From Promethearchaeota archaeon (GTDB lineage Archaea; Asgardarchaeota; Lokiarchaeia; Sigyniarchaeales; SOKP01), in the NCBI GenBank assembly GCA_019058295.1, contig JAHPZI010000007.1, forward strand, positions 111,565-143,766: a stretch of DNA of 32,202 nucleotides, given 5' to 3'. The position numbers and the translations under genes were made by a program. The notes under the pieces are model-generated. The model was not told where the DNA came from, searched no databases, and saw only the letters and a list, made by a program, of their open reading frames with translations. Of the stretch, positions 1 through 8,811 are shown piece by piece; position 1 is the first letter of the stretch; every line of letters begins with the position of its first letter.

Positions 1-172
1 TTATTACTATTATGATTTAAAAAAATTCATATTATTATCTAAAATTATAAAAAAATTACTTTGAATATCTAATAAGTTCTAAATGATGTGACTCAAATTA
101 AATAATTTATAAATTCAAATTTTTTATTCAAAGTATTTGTATATGTAAATAAAACAAATTTACTAAAGTGCA

Positions 173-826
173 ATGGAAAATTACAAATCAAATTTTAAGT
201 ATAAAAATCATTACAAAACCTTGATATATGTGGATTTCCTTCTTTTATTTCTTTCAATAATCATTCCATTGATTTTAATTATTCTGAATCATCAACTCAA
301 CGGATGCCATCATCATATATCGCGCGGCAGAAGAAGTAATTCAATTCTCTGGATTTTAGGTAGATCATTGGGTTTTACAACTCTTATTTGGTTTATTATA
401 TCCTCTTATCAAGGCTTTACAACAAATAAACATGCCAAGTTATTCCATAGTAAGAGAAAGGCCAATGATTTTCATTGTATTGGAGCATTAATAACGAATA
501 TTATGCTGGGATTTCATGTATTGTTTCTCTTCATCTCAGAACCTTGGAGAAGTGTCATCTTAATAAAAGAGATTGAACATTTTCCTATAATACTATACCG
601 TCTTAAAATTTGGACAGGAATTATCTTTGCAATTGCAATGATTTTTGTCTCGATTTTGTCATTTTATTTAAGAGATATTAAAAAATTAAAGAAATTTAGA
701 TATAAACGATTTATTCTAATCCATCGAATTATGCTACTTCTTACAGTCATCTTAATGGTTCATATCTTTTTAATTAATACTGAAATTATGATAGCATTGG
801 ATCTTATTGGGGAAATTGATGATTGA
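173..826 (+). CDS. Ferric reductase-like transmembrane (di-heme b, MsrQ-like) protein
   Basis: About five hydrophobic helices. Two His pairs spaced 14 (FHCIGALITNIMLGFH) and 13 (IHRIMLLLTVILMVH), the pattern of ferric-reductase TM domains. No FAD/NAD domain. Confidence 0.7.
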   Translation: MENYKSNFKYKNHYKTLIYVDFLLLFLSIIIPLILIILNHQLNGCHHHISRGRRSNSILWILGRSLGFTTLIWFIISSYQGFTTNKHAKLFHSKRKANDFHCIGALITNIMLGFHVLFLFISEPWRSVILIKEIEHFPIILYRLKIWTGIIFAIAMIFVSILSFYLRDIKKLKKFRYKRFILIHRIMLLLTVILMVHIFLINTEIMIALDLIGEIDD

Positions 827-873
827 GTTGCTAATAATATAATAGAAAAAAGAAAAAATAAATAGAAATTATA

Positions 874-2403
874 TTAAAATTTGTCTGCATCAGAATACCA
901 TTCAGGAAACCATCTATAATGTTCTTTTGGAAATGCTTTCTGTAATCCTTTATAGTTTGCTTTCACTAATACTATTTTACCTTGTCTATCTTGATGAGTT
1001 ACAATTAATCCTTGTTGTTCAAGGGATTCAAAGGTTTTCCTTATCTTAGAACGACTTCCACCGATATCTGCTCTTACATCGTCAGGAGTCATATAAATTC
1101 CTGGGTTTACTTTATAATCATGTGCGATAACTTTTAATAGGTTCTCGTCATTAATTTCTAGTCCTTTAAATTGGGATTCTCTATTTGATAAAACAGGAGC
1201 ATTCACCTCCTCGTTCCATCGATATTTTAGCATTTTATTATAGGTTGGAAGCAATGCAGCGAATCGATAGATGATCATCTTTTGTACCTCTGTAGTGCCA
1301 GCAACAATTTCGGCAATTTTTCCCTCACGCAATAAGCGCTCTGCAGGATAAAATTTTGTTAATCCATCGCCCCCCATAGTTTGGATTGCTATTGTCCCAA
1401 CTTCCCTTATCCATTCACAAATCATTAGTTTTGCAATAGAAACATCAACCATCGGCTCCTTTCCCTGATCCATCTCATAAGCGCAATGATAAGAAAAGAC
1501 TCTTCCCATCCTATATCGTGCGATAATATCTGCAATATTATTTTGAATTCCAGGGAATTGATTCAAAATCCGTCTAAACTGTACTCTTCTCTTAGAGTAA
1601 TGAAATAATAGAGTAATTAAGTCTTTTAAAATGCCACTAAAAACTGCGGCAGCAATTAAGCGTTCGAAATTCAAACCACTCATCATTACATTCCAGCCTT
1701 TTCCTACTGCACCAAAACGATTCTCATCAGGAACTCTTACATGATCAAAATCTAAATAACCATTGGGTACATTATCAAAACCAATCAAAGGATTTATCTT
1801 TTCTAATGAAAATCCTGGCATGCCTTTCTCCAAAATAAAAGCAGAAATATGGCTATATTCTTTTCTATCAGCGGGATCTTCACTAGTTTTTGCATAGATA
1901 AAATAACGATCACTAACCCCTGCACCAGTGATGAATCTTTTTTTACCATTTATAATCCATTCATCACCCTCTTTCACAGCTGTAGTCATAACATTCGCAG
2001 CATCACTCCCTGCGAAGGGTTCCGTTATACAAACGGCTCCCAATTCTTTACCTTGTGCCAGTTTTGGTAACCACTTTTGCTTCTGTTCTTCCGTTCCATA
2101 TCTTAAGATTTGCTCTAAGCCCGCTAACATACTTACGGTAAACACGTGCCCAACAGCATACAATCGTCCCAACTGCTCAGCAACAATGCAAGCTCCCGTT
2201 GCACCTAATTCTAAGCCGCCATATTCTTTAGGGATTCCAGCTCCAAAATAACCTGTTTTGGCAACTTTCTTTACAAGAGGCCACGGAAATTTTTTATTCC
2301 AGAAATAGGTTTCTGCTTCTTCAACATTTTCCTCCGCAAATTGGGCTACTTCTTCAGCAACTCGCTTTTGTTCATCAGTCCACCAAAAAAATGGTTCACT
2401 CAT
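874..2403 (-). CDS. Acyl-CoA dehydrogenase (IVD/LCAD-type catalytic arrangement) with C-terminal winged-helix-like extension
   Basis: Motifs IPKEYGG, CITEPFAGSD, INGKKRFITGA, GLNFERL, RVQF, GGDG and EIVAGTTEVQK. The ATG at 2403 is preceded by GAGGA and is preferred over the TTG at 2418. Confidence 0.93.
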   Translation of the reverse strand: MSEPFFWWTDEQKRVAEEVAQFAEENVEEAETYFWNKKFPWPLVKKVAKTGYFGAGIPKEYGGLELGATGACIVAEQLGRLYAVGHVFTVSMLAGLEQILRYGTEEQKQKWLPKLAQGKELGAVCITEPFAGSDAANVMTTAVKEGDEWIINGKKRFITGAGVSDRYFIYAKTSEDPADRKEYSHISAFILEKGMPGFSLEKINPLIGFDNVPNGYLDFDHVRVPDENRFGAVGKGWNVMMSGLNFERLIAAAVFSGILKDLITLLFHYSKRRVQFRRILNQFPGIQNNIADIIARYRMGRVFSYHCAYEMDQGKEPMVDVSIAKLMICEWIREVGTIAIQTMGGDGLTKFYPAERLLREGKIAEIVAGTTEVQKMIIYRFAALLPTYNKMLKYRWNEEVNAPVLSNRESQFKGLEINDENLLKVIAHDYKVNPGIYMTPDDVRADIGGSRSKIRKTFESLEQQGLIVTHQDRQGKIVLVKANYKGLQKAFPKEHYRWFPEWYSDADKF

Positions 2404-2651
2404 GTTTTTTATCCTCAACTAATTTGAATTTAAGATTTTAATTATTATGTTATTAGCTTTTAAGACAATAATTTTGAAACCTTCATTTATTAAAAATTTT
2501 GAGAGTTCTTAATAGCTCTTTTATGTAAAAAAAGATTTTTTTTAAAAAGATTATTATCCTAAATATTCAGACACGTAATAATCAGAAATTATAGTGATAT
2601 AAAATTTCAATTCCATCATCAGTAAGGGAAGGTCCAAGAACCACAAATACA

Positions 2652-4217
2652 TTGGCAAAAAAGCGATATCTTATCCTCTATTTTATGATAATAACATTTA
2701 GTGCTCAACCAACACTAATATGGTTTTGGTATTTCTGGCAATTCTTTCCTGAATTCAATTTATTGTTTTTCATTCTTTTTCCGTTTATTTTCTTCATAGG
2801 AATTATAATTTTAATTATGAGTTCAATTATAACAGCAAAAATATTCTTAATTTTTATTAACGCAATCCATAAACCAAGAGAGGGTGTTTTCAATAGAGAT
2901 AAGAAAGATAAAGATTATTGTTATTGGAGTTTAAGAGCTGTTATCAAAAAATGGCCAATTTGGTTAGCTCGCCAATTAAATCTGCCAATTCTCGAAACTA
3001 TCGCCTTAAAAATTTTTGGTGTTAAAACAAATAGATTTAATTCTTTAAATGAAGGGTGGGTTGATTGTGAATTTATTGAATTCGGGAAAAATGTTAAAAT
3101 TGGTCAAGGAAGTGTAATAATGTCTAATATTTTAATTGCCGATAAACTGATTATAAAAAAGGTAGTTATAAAAGATAATGTTATAATCGGCGCACATTCT
3201 TGTATAGCTCCTGGAACTACTGTAGAATCTAATACTATACTTGGAGCACTTACCATGACAATAATTAATCAACATCTTGAAGGCAATTCTATATATAACG
3301 GAAGCCCAGCAAAAAAAATTATGCCAAATAAACCAATAGAAAATAAAGAAGTTATTGAAAATCAAATCTTTAAAAAAGATTCTGAGGAACAGTTCGATAA
3401 GATTGAGCTAAAAGCAGAAAACAAAGCTTTGAGTGTCCCTTATCAAGCATATATATCGGCAGGTTGGTTTATTGCGGGAGGATCTTATATAATACCTAGT
3501 TTTCTTTTTATCTTCTTTTTTTTTGGTTTCTTGATCCCTAATCTTCTCATAATTCCATTTTCTCTTAAATTACTCTTGGATCTGAAAATAATATTTATTT
3601 TACTTATCACTCCACTAATTTTTGTTGGTATATATTTGTTACATCTATTTTTTGTAGCTTTATTTACAAGATGGATTTATAAATTTGCAGATAAAAGAGG
3701 TCCTGCCCAAGGTCTTTTTGATAGAAATTTAACTGAATCTTCAACTATGTTAGATTATTATCATTTTAGATCTTTTTTAATGAAATATCCAATTTTCTCT
3801 TTTATACGTTCTCCTTTTCCATGGTTGGTGAAGTGGGAGTTGAGGTTTATTGGTTCAAATAAAATAGGAAAGGGCACTGTTATTGAAGAATCTTATATTC
3901 ATAGTCATATTAATTTTGGAAAAGATTGCTATTTAGGAACTTTTGCTCACATATCTAATCACGTTGTAGATGGTATTTACGGAGAAGAAAATTTATGTTT
4001 CTTTGGAGCTAAAATTGGAGATAATTGTGTCTTTAACTCATTAACGGGAGCTTTACCAGGCTTGGAAATAGGAGATTGTGCAACTTTTTTCCTAACTGCA
4101 ACAACTATAAAGTACGATAAACTTGGAGATAATGGTATATATACAGGATTTCCAATTAGAAGGCTCAAAAAAGAAGAAATTATTAAATTAACCGGGGTGG
4201 AATATAATGGAAAATAA
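2652..4217 (+). CDS. Membrane protein with two TM-hairpin plus left-handed beta-helix (hexapeptide) acyltransferase-like modules
   Basis: Two hydrophobic hairpins, each followed by hexapeptide repeats (FGKNVKIGQGSVI, IKDNVIIGAHSCIAPG; IGKGTVI, FGKDCYLG, IGDNCVF). The modules end in GSPAKK and GFPIRR. TTG start. Confidence 0.8.
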   Translation: MAKKRYLILYFMIITFSAQPTLIWFWYFWQFFPEFNLLFFILFPFIFFIGIIILIMSSIITAKIFLIFINAIHKPREGVFNRDKKDKDYCYWSLRAVIKKWPIWLARQLNLPILETIALKIFGVKTNRFNSLNEGWVDCEFIEFGKNVKIGQGSVIMSNILIADKLIIKKVVIKDNVIIGAHSCIAPGTTVESNTILGALTMTIINQHLEGNSIYNGSPAKKIMPNKPIENKEVIENQIFKKDSEEQFDKIELKAENKALSVPYQAYISAGWFIAGGSYIIPSFLFIFFFFGFLIPNLLIIPFSLKLLLDLKIIFILLITPLIFVGIYLLHLFFVALFTRWIYKFADKRGPAQGLFDRNLTESSTMLDYYHFRSFLMKYPIFSFIRSPFPWLVKWELRFIGSNKIGKGTVIEESYIHSHINFGKDCYLGTFAHISNHVVDGIYGEENLCFFGAKIGDNCVFNSLTGALPGLEIGDCATFFLTATTIKYDKLGDNGIYTGFPIRRLKKEEIIKLTGVEYNGK

Positions 4218-5112
4218 GGATAAAATGAAAAATATCGAAGATTTCGATATAACAAAATATCCAATAACTACGAACGCTTTTACTTGGACGCCAATGGCAA
4301 TATTTCTTTATTGTCTATTACATATATTATCGTTTATGATCCCAAGTCTTTTAATTTTAACATTTTACACAATTGCAATGAGTGGAAATTTTTCAAACTG
4401 GTGGAGAATCCTGTTTATAATCATAGATATAATGGCATGGTGGGGTATTTATATTCTCTGCAGTTTACTCTTTGGTAAACTATTCTTATCAATTCTAAAA
4501 TTGATTCATAAACCCAGAGAGGGTCTTTTTAAGATTGATAAAAATGATAAGGATTATTCTTTCTACTGTCTTAGGATATGTGTTAAAAAATTTATTTTCT
4601 GGATTTGGAATAATTTTGCATTTCCTTGGGCATCCAACTTGGCTTTTAAATTATGTGACATGAAGGCAGACTTTAAAAGCACAATGTTCGATGGATGGAG
4701 TGATGTAGAATTTATTGATTATGGCGAGAGTATAATATTGGGGCAAGGAGCTGTAGTACTTTCTAGTATGATAATCGGAGATCATCTTTTAATTAAAAAA
4801 GTAATAATTGGAGATCATGTTATTATAGGTGGAAATGCTATTGTCGCACCTGGAACTGTAATAGGAAAAGGTACTACTCTAGGAGTATGGGCAACAACTC
4901 ACGTCGCACAAGTTTTAGAACCGGATTGGATTTATATTGGGAGTCCTGCGCGAAAATATCAATCTACTCGAGAAATGGTTGAAGAAAGTAAGAAAATTGC
5001 TATAAGAAGAATGGTTGATACTGGCGAAAGAATCCCTTTCGATGTGGATAAGTTTATAAAAAGAGATAAGAAACACAGATTAAAATATAGTAGATTGAAA
5101 AAAATTAAATGA
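4207..5112 (+). CDS. Membrane protein with one TM-hairpin plus LbH acyltransferase-like module (paralog of the upstream gene)
   Basis: HKPREGLF..DKDY, IGDHVIIGGNAIVAPGTVIGKGTTLG and GSPARK align with module 1 of the upstream gene. Overlaps that gene by 11 nt. Confidence 0.8.
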   Translation: MENKDKMKNIEDFDITKYPITTNAFTWTPMAIFLYCLLHILSFMIPSLLILTFYTIAMSGNFSNWWRILFIIIDIMAWWGIYILCSLLFGKLFLSILKLIHKPREGLFKIDKNDKDYSFYCLRICVKKFIFWIWNNFAFPWASNLAFKLCDMKADFKSTMFDGWSDVEFIDYGESIILGQGAVVLSSMIIGDHLLIKKVIIGDHVIIGGNAIVAPGTVIGKGTTLGVWATTHVAQVLEPDWIYIGSPARKYQSTREMVEESKKIAIRRMVDTGERIPFDVDKFIKRDKKHRLKYSRLKKIK

Positions 5113-5230
5113 TATCATAGTTAAAATCGATTTATAAATTATTATTAAAAAAGTGTTATATTGATATTTTATTCTTAATTATTAAAGTAAATAATATTCT
5201 AAATCACATATTACAAATATTAGTGCTCCC

Positions 5231-5806
5231 ATGGAATATAATTACCTTGCTAAAGCTGTTTTGATTGGAGATGGTGCAACTGGAAAAACAAGTTTAATGG
5301 AGAGATTTTGTCATGGAACGTTTTCAACCTCTTATCTTATGACTGTTGGAGCTAATTTTTACTCAGAAATATTTGAATTTGGCGATAATGGTGATAGGTT
5401 AAAAATAATATATTGGGACCTAGCTGGAGAACAACAATTCGATGTTGTGAGAACTCAATTTTATATGGGAACCATGATTTGTATGGCTGTCTTTGATTTA
5501 ACTCGTTATATCACTTTAAAAAATCTAGAAAAGTGGCTTAACGAAATGTACAAGAATTTAGAAGAATCTGTTATCCCTACAGTCATAATTGGAAATAAAA
5601 TTGATTTAGAAATTGAAAGATCAGTAAGTAATGATGAGGCTACCAGATTTGTAAATTCCTTGTATGATAAATTCCCAGAATATAAGAATATGGAAATACC
5701 TTATTTTGAAACTTCGGCAAAAACCGGGGAAAACGTAGAAAAAACATATAGAGCGACTGCTGAATTATTTCTAAAAAAGCTAAAGGAAAGCGAAACTGAA
5801 GATTAA
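5231..5806 (+). CDS. Rab-like small GTPase
   Basis: G1 GDGATGKTS, G2 YLMTVG, G3 WDLAGE, G4 NKID, G5 ETSAKTG. No C-terminal Cys motif. Confidence 0.93.
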   Translation: MEYNYLAKAVLIGDGATGKTSLMERFCHGTFSTSYLMTVGANFYSEIFEFGDNGDRLKIIYWDLAGEQQFDVVRTQFYMGTMICMAVFDLTRYITLKNLEKWLNEMYKNLEESVIPTVIIGNKIDLEIERSVSNDEATRFVNSLYDKFPEYKNMEIPYFETSAKTGENVEKTYRATAELFLKKLKESETED

Positions 5807-5988
5807 ATTGATCGAGACACTTATAATAGTTCCCCCCTGCATTTACTTATTTTTATCTCATTAAAAAATCAACTTCTTTTTAGAATAGAATTAAATAATT
5901 ATTATTCTATTAATTTTCAATGTATATACATTTTTTATAGAAAAAAAATCTCTAAATATGTGATGACTATTAATATGAAGGGGTAAAA

Positions 5989-8121
5989 ATGAATAATAGT
6001 GATTTTAGCTTAGTAAATCAATGGTGGGAGCTAGAAGTTCAAACCAAGGACAATGAAAATTTTATCTATAAATTGCATAGCAAAATAAATGATGTTGTTT
6101 ATGCTGATCAAGATTATCATTATCGAATCATTAGGTCAAAAAAGAGAGGATCGAGATTTGTTTATTTGGATCATTTGAGTCTTGAATATAAAGCTAAGGA
6201 TTTAGCAGAAAGAACAGTACAATTAATAAATAAAGAGAAGTTATTAATCGAGGGAATATTTCGGGATACAGAAATTAAAATCAAACACGAATTTGAACTT
6301 AAGAAAGATTGTAAATGGCTGCGGGAAAATATAACTTTAAAAAATAATGGTAAGAAAAGAGTTAAATTAGGATTAATAAATTTGGGTTTCAAAAAAGCTT
6401 TTTTTAGACAAAATTCTGGATGGGTAGATACCTTAGATGAATATAAATTAAGTGCTATTCCTACACGAAGATTTATTCATTATGGTAAAGATCGAAAAAA
6501 GAAGCATTTCAATGCCCAAGATCTTTTATTTAATGCTTGGGTTTATAGAGAGGATGAAATGCCGGGATTCTGCTCTGAAGGATGGTTGTGGGGCAATTCT
6601 GAAGGGGGGCTGCTAATTTGTAAGTATAACCTCACTCAACTGGAATTCTCTCGATTCAAACGATTCGCTTCTGTTTTGCCAGGTCGAGGCTGTGAAGATC
6701 TATATCTCCTTTTTGGTGGAGCTTCATTGTGTCAAAATAATCCTGAATTGGCCACTACATTGGATCCAGGAGAATCATATCAGTTTGGTATTTCAAAATA
6801 TTGTGTCTATGAGGGAGATTATAAGAATGGATATTATTTATATCGGAGCCATCTTGATGAGGAAGGTCATAATCCCCCGAAAAATTATAATCCCCCTATA
6901 AATTGGAATGAACTTTACAACTTAGGCTGGATTAATGAAAAAGTAGGATTTTTTAAATCAGATAACCAATTTGAATTATATACTTTAGAAGATCTATATA
7001 ACGAGGCAGAGATTGCACAAGATATCGGAGCAGAATGTTTGTATTTGGATCCTGGTTGGAACACTTTCATGGGGTCTGAAATATGGAATGAAAAGCGCTT
7101 TGGTTCTTTGAAAGAATTCTCTAAAATAATTCATGAAAAATACAATTTAAAGCTTGGATTACATCTTATGATGAATATTGAAGGGTTAAATGAACGGAAA
7201 GAATTTTATCTAATAAATCAAAAGGGCGTAAAAGTTGTGTCAGATCCTTATATAAATTTATATTCTGTATGTACAAATGAAAAATGGGTTCAAGAAAAAA
7301 GCCGCAGAATCTTAGAATTGGTAAAGGATGGCGTGGATTTTTTGATGTTTGATTTTACAGATATAGGAAATCCTTTAGAAGATCTAACAGGATGTTATAG
7401 CAAAGATCATGGACATGAAGTTCCAATGAATCAACAAACTCATGCACACAATATTTTTCGAGTTATCCAAAATATTAAGAAAAAATATCCAAATATTCTG
7501 ATTGAAGCGCATGATAGGGGTGTAGGTAATCAACTTTATTACCAACATAACCTGCCACATAGTTTCGATGAGAATTGGGGATTTGAATGCATGTGGAATC
7601 CAATGCAAGATTTAATCTCTCATAGGGCTTTCCAACTTTATGAATATAATTTAGCGTATTCCATCCCGCTCTATTTGCATATAAATGAAAATAGTGATAA
7701 TGAAAAGATGCTACAGTTTTGGTGGTATGCTTCTGTCGTTAGACATATAGGAATTGGGGGATTGAAAGATAAAAATAGTTCAAAATACAAAGCATTACAG
7801 AACGCAATAACTCTTTACAAAAAGATTAAACTAATACTAACAAAAGGTATTTTCTATGGTATTTCCCCTACAGTTCACCTTCATGTACATGGAAATTCTG
7901 GAAGTGGAGTAATTACGGCATTTAATCTATCCAGCCGCGATAAAAAAGTAGCTATTAAGTTAGATACATCAAAATTTAACTTAAAATTTCAAACAATAGA
8001 GATATTTACGGGAACTAATCAAAAGATTGACACTCTCTCTAAATTTAATGAACATACCAAATTTTTAGAATTTAATATTGAAATATCCTCTTTATCACCA
8101 GCAATCGCTATTCTTAAATAA
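5989..8121 (+). CDS. GH36/clan-D-like glycoside hydrolase (alpha-galactosidase-like, divergent)
   Basis: TIM-barrel motifs INWNE, LYLDPGW, WNEKRFGSLK..HEKYNLKLGLH, GVDFLMFDF and KKKYPNILIE, plus a C-terminal beta domain. GAAGGGG precedes the ATG. Confidence 0.7.
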   Translation: MNNSDFSLVNQWWELEVQTKDNENFIYKLHSKINDVVYADQDYHYRIIRSKKRGSRFVYLDHLSLEYKAKDLAERTVQLINKEKLLIEGIFRDTEIKIKHEFELKKDCKWLRENITLKNNGKKRVKLGLINLGFKKAFFRQNSGWVDTLDEYKLSAIPTRRFIHYGKDRKKKHFNAQDLLFNAWVYREDEMPGFCSEGWLWGNSEGGLLICKYNLTQLEFSRFKRFASVLPGRGCEDLYLLFGGASLCQNNPELATTLDPGESYQFGISKYCVYEGDYKNGYYLYRSHLDEEGHNPPKNYNPPINWNELYNLGWINEKVGFFKSDNQFELYTLEDLYNEAEIAQDIGAECLYLDPGWNTFMGSEIWNEKRFGSLKEFSKIIHEKYNLKLGLHLMMNIEGLNERKEFYLINQKGVKVVSDPYINLYSVCTNEKWVQEKSRRILELVKDGVDFLMFDFTDIGNPLEDLTGCYSKDHGHEVPMNQQTHAHNIFRVIQNIKKKYPNILIEAHDRGVGNQLYYQHNLPHSFDENWGFECMWNPMQDLISHRAFQLYEYNLAYSIPLYLHINENSDNEKMLQFWWYASVVRHIGIGGLKDKNSSKYKALQNAITLYKKIKLILTKGIFYGISPTVHLHVHGNSGSGVITAFNLSSRDKKVAIKLDTSKFNLKFQTIEIFTGTNQKIDTLSKFNEHTKFLEFNIEISSLSPAIAILK

Positions 8122-8129
8122 TGAAAAAA

Positions 8130-8258
8130 TTAATCTTTAACTATAAATTCTCCATCAATTTGAAGATTTAATCCTTTTTTCTCAAGGTTATCACCTTGGA
8201 GCAGAATAAGATTCGTCAAAGTTTTTAGATTTATCTCTAAAAGTTCTGCTAACTGTAT
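8130..8258 (-). pseudogene. 3' remnant of a paralog of the RHH protein at 10904-11335
   Basis: The minus strand reads IQLAELLEINLKTLTNLILLQGDNLEKKGLNLQIDGEFIVKD*, colinear with DDLADYFKVDTKAIKKIVYTHGKEIKKLGLNLVLKNDIISKT. There is no upstream start codon before the in-frame stop at 8310-8312. Confidence 0.7.
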
Positions 8259-8339
8259 AATAAAAAAATTTAATGTTAGATATATTAATAGATGAAAGAA
8301 ATTTAGAAATTAGCAATTTTTAATATTATTTAATATTTC

Positions 8340-8398
8340 ATTGAAACATTTTTGTCGGGTAATATTATAACCAGATCGACAAATGAAAAGTTTTCAAT
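8340..8398. repeat. Imperfect inverted repeat / hairpin
   Basis: ATTGAAA..TTTGTCG-GGTAATA-T-TATAACC-AGAT-CGACAAA..TTTCAAT. Confidence 0.45.
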
Positions 8399-8811
8399 TA
8401 TTAACGGGATATTAATAATGATTTATTCGTATATCACGCATTTAAATAACTTTTATTAATCAGTAATTAAAAGATTTTAAACAATTTATTTAACCGCTAA
8501 CATTAACCTTTTAAATAGATAAAAAACATTAAATCTTTATGAAGTTAGAAAAAATAGAGATTTTGGATTTAGTAAATAGAGAATTCAAAATCATAATTAG
8601 TTTTGAAGCAACAAAAGAATCATTAATCTATAAGAAACTGAATAAAAAATTATTAAACCATCAAAAGAATAGAATAAAGGTAAAAAGTGAGGCTTTTAGA
8701 AAAATAACTAACTGGGCATAGTTCGTTTTTCATCTAATCACACTCACCTTTAGATTAATTTATTTTTTTTTTGATATATAATTTTTTGGTTTTTGTTAAG
8801 ATGCCATTAAT

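Noticed and set aside
1849-4478. Short ORFs overlapping the ACAD and LbH genes (1849, 1928, 2705, 3132, 3977, 4284)
   Set aside because: Antisense or alternate-frame shadows of well-supported genes, with no motifs.
8539-8721. 60-aa ORF MKLEKIEILD...
   Set aside because: No motif or clear RBS in a very AT-rich, degraded region. It cannot be supported, though a small gene is not excluded.
8653-8733. 26-codon minus-strand ORF (MKNELCPVSYFSKSLTFYLYSILLMV) preceded by AGGTGA
   Set aside because: An SD-like motif is present, but the ORF is too short and featureless to call.
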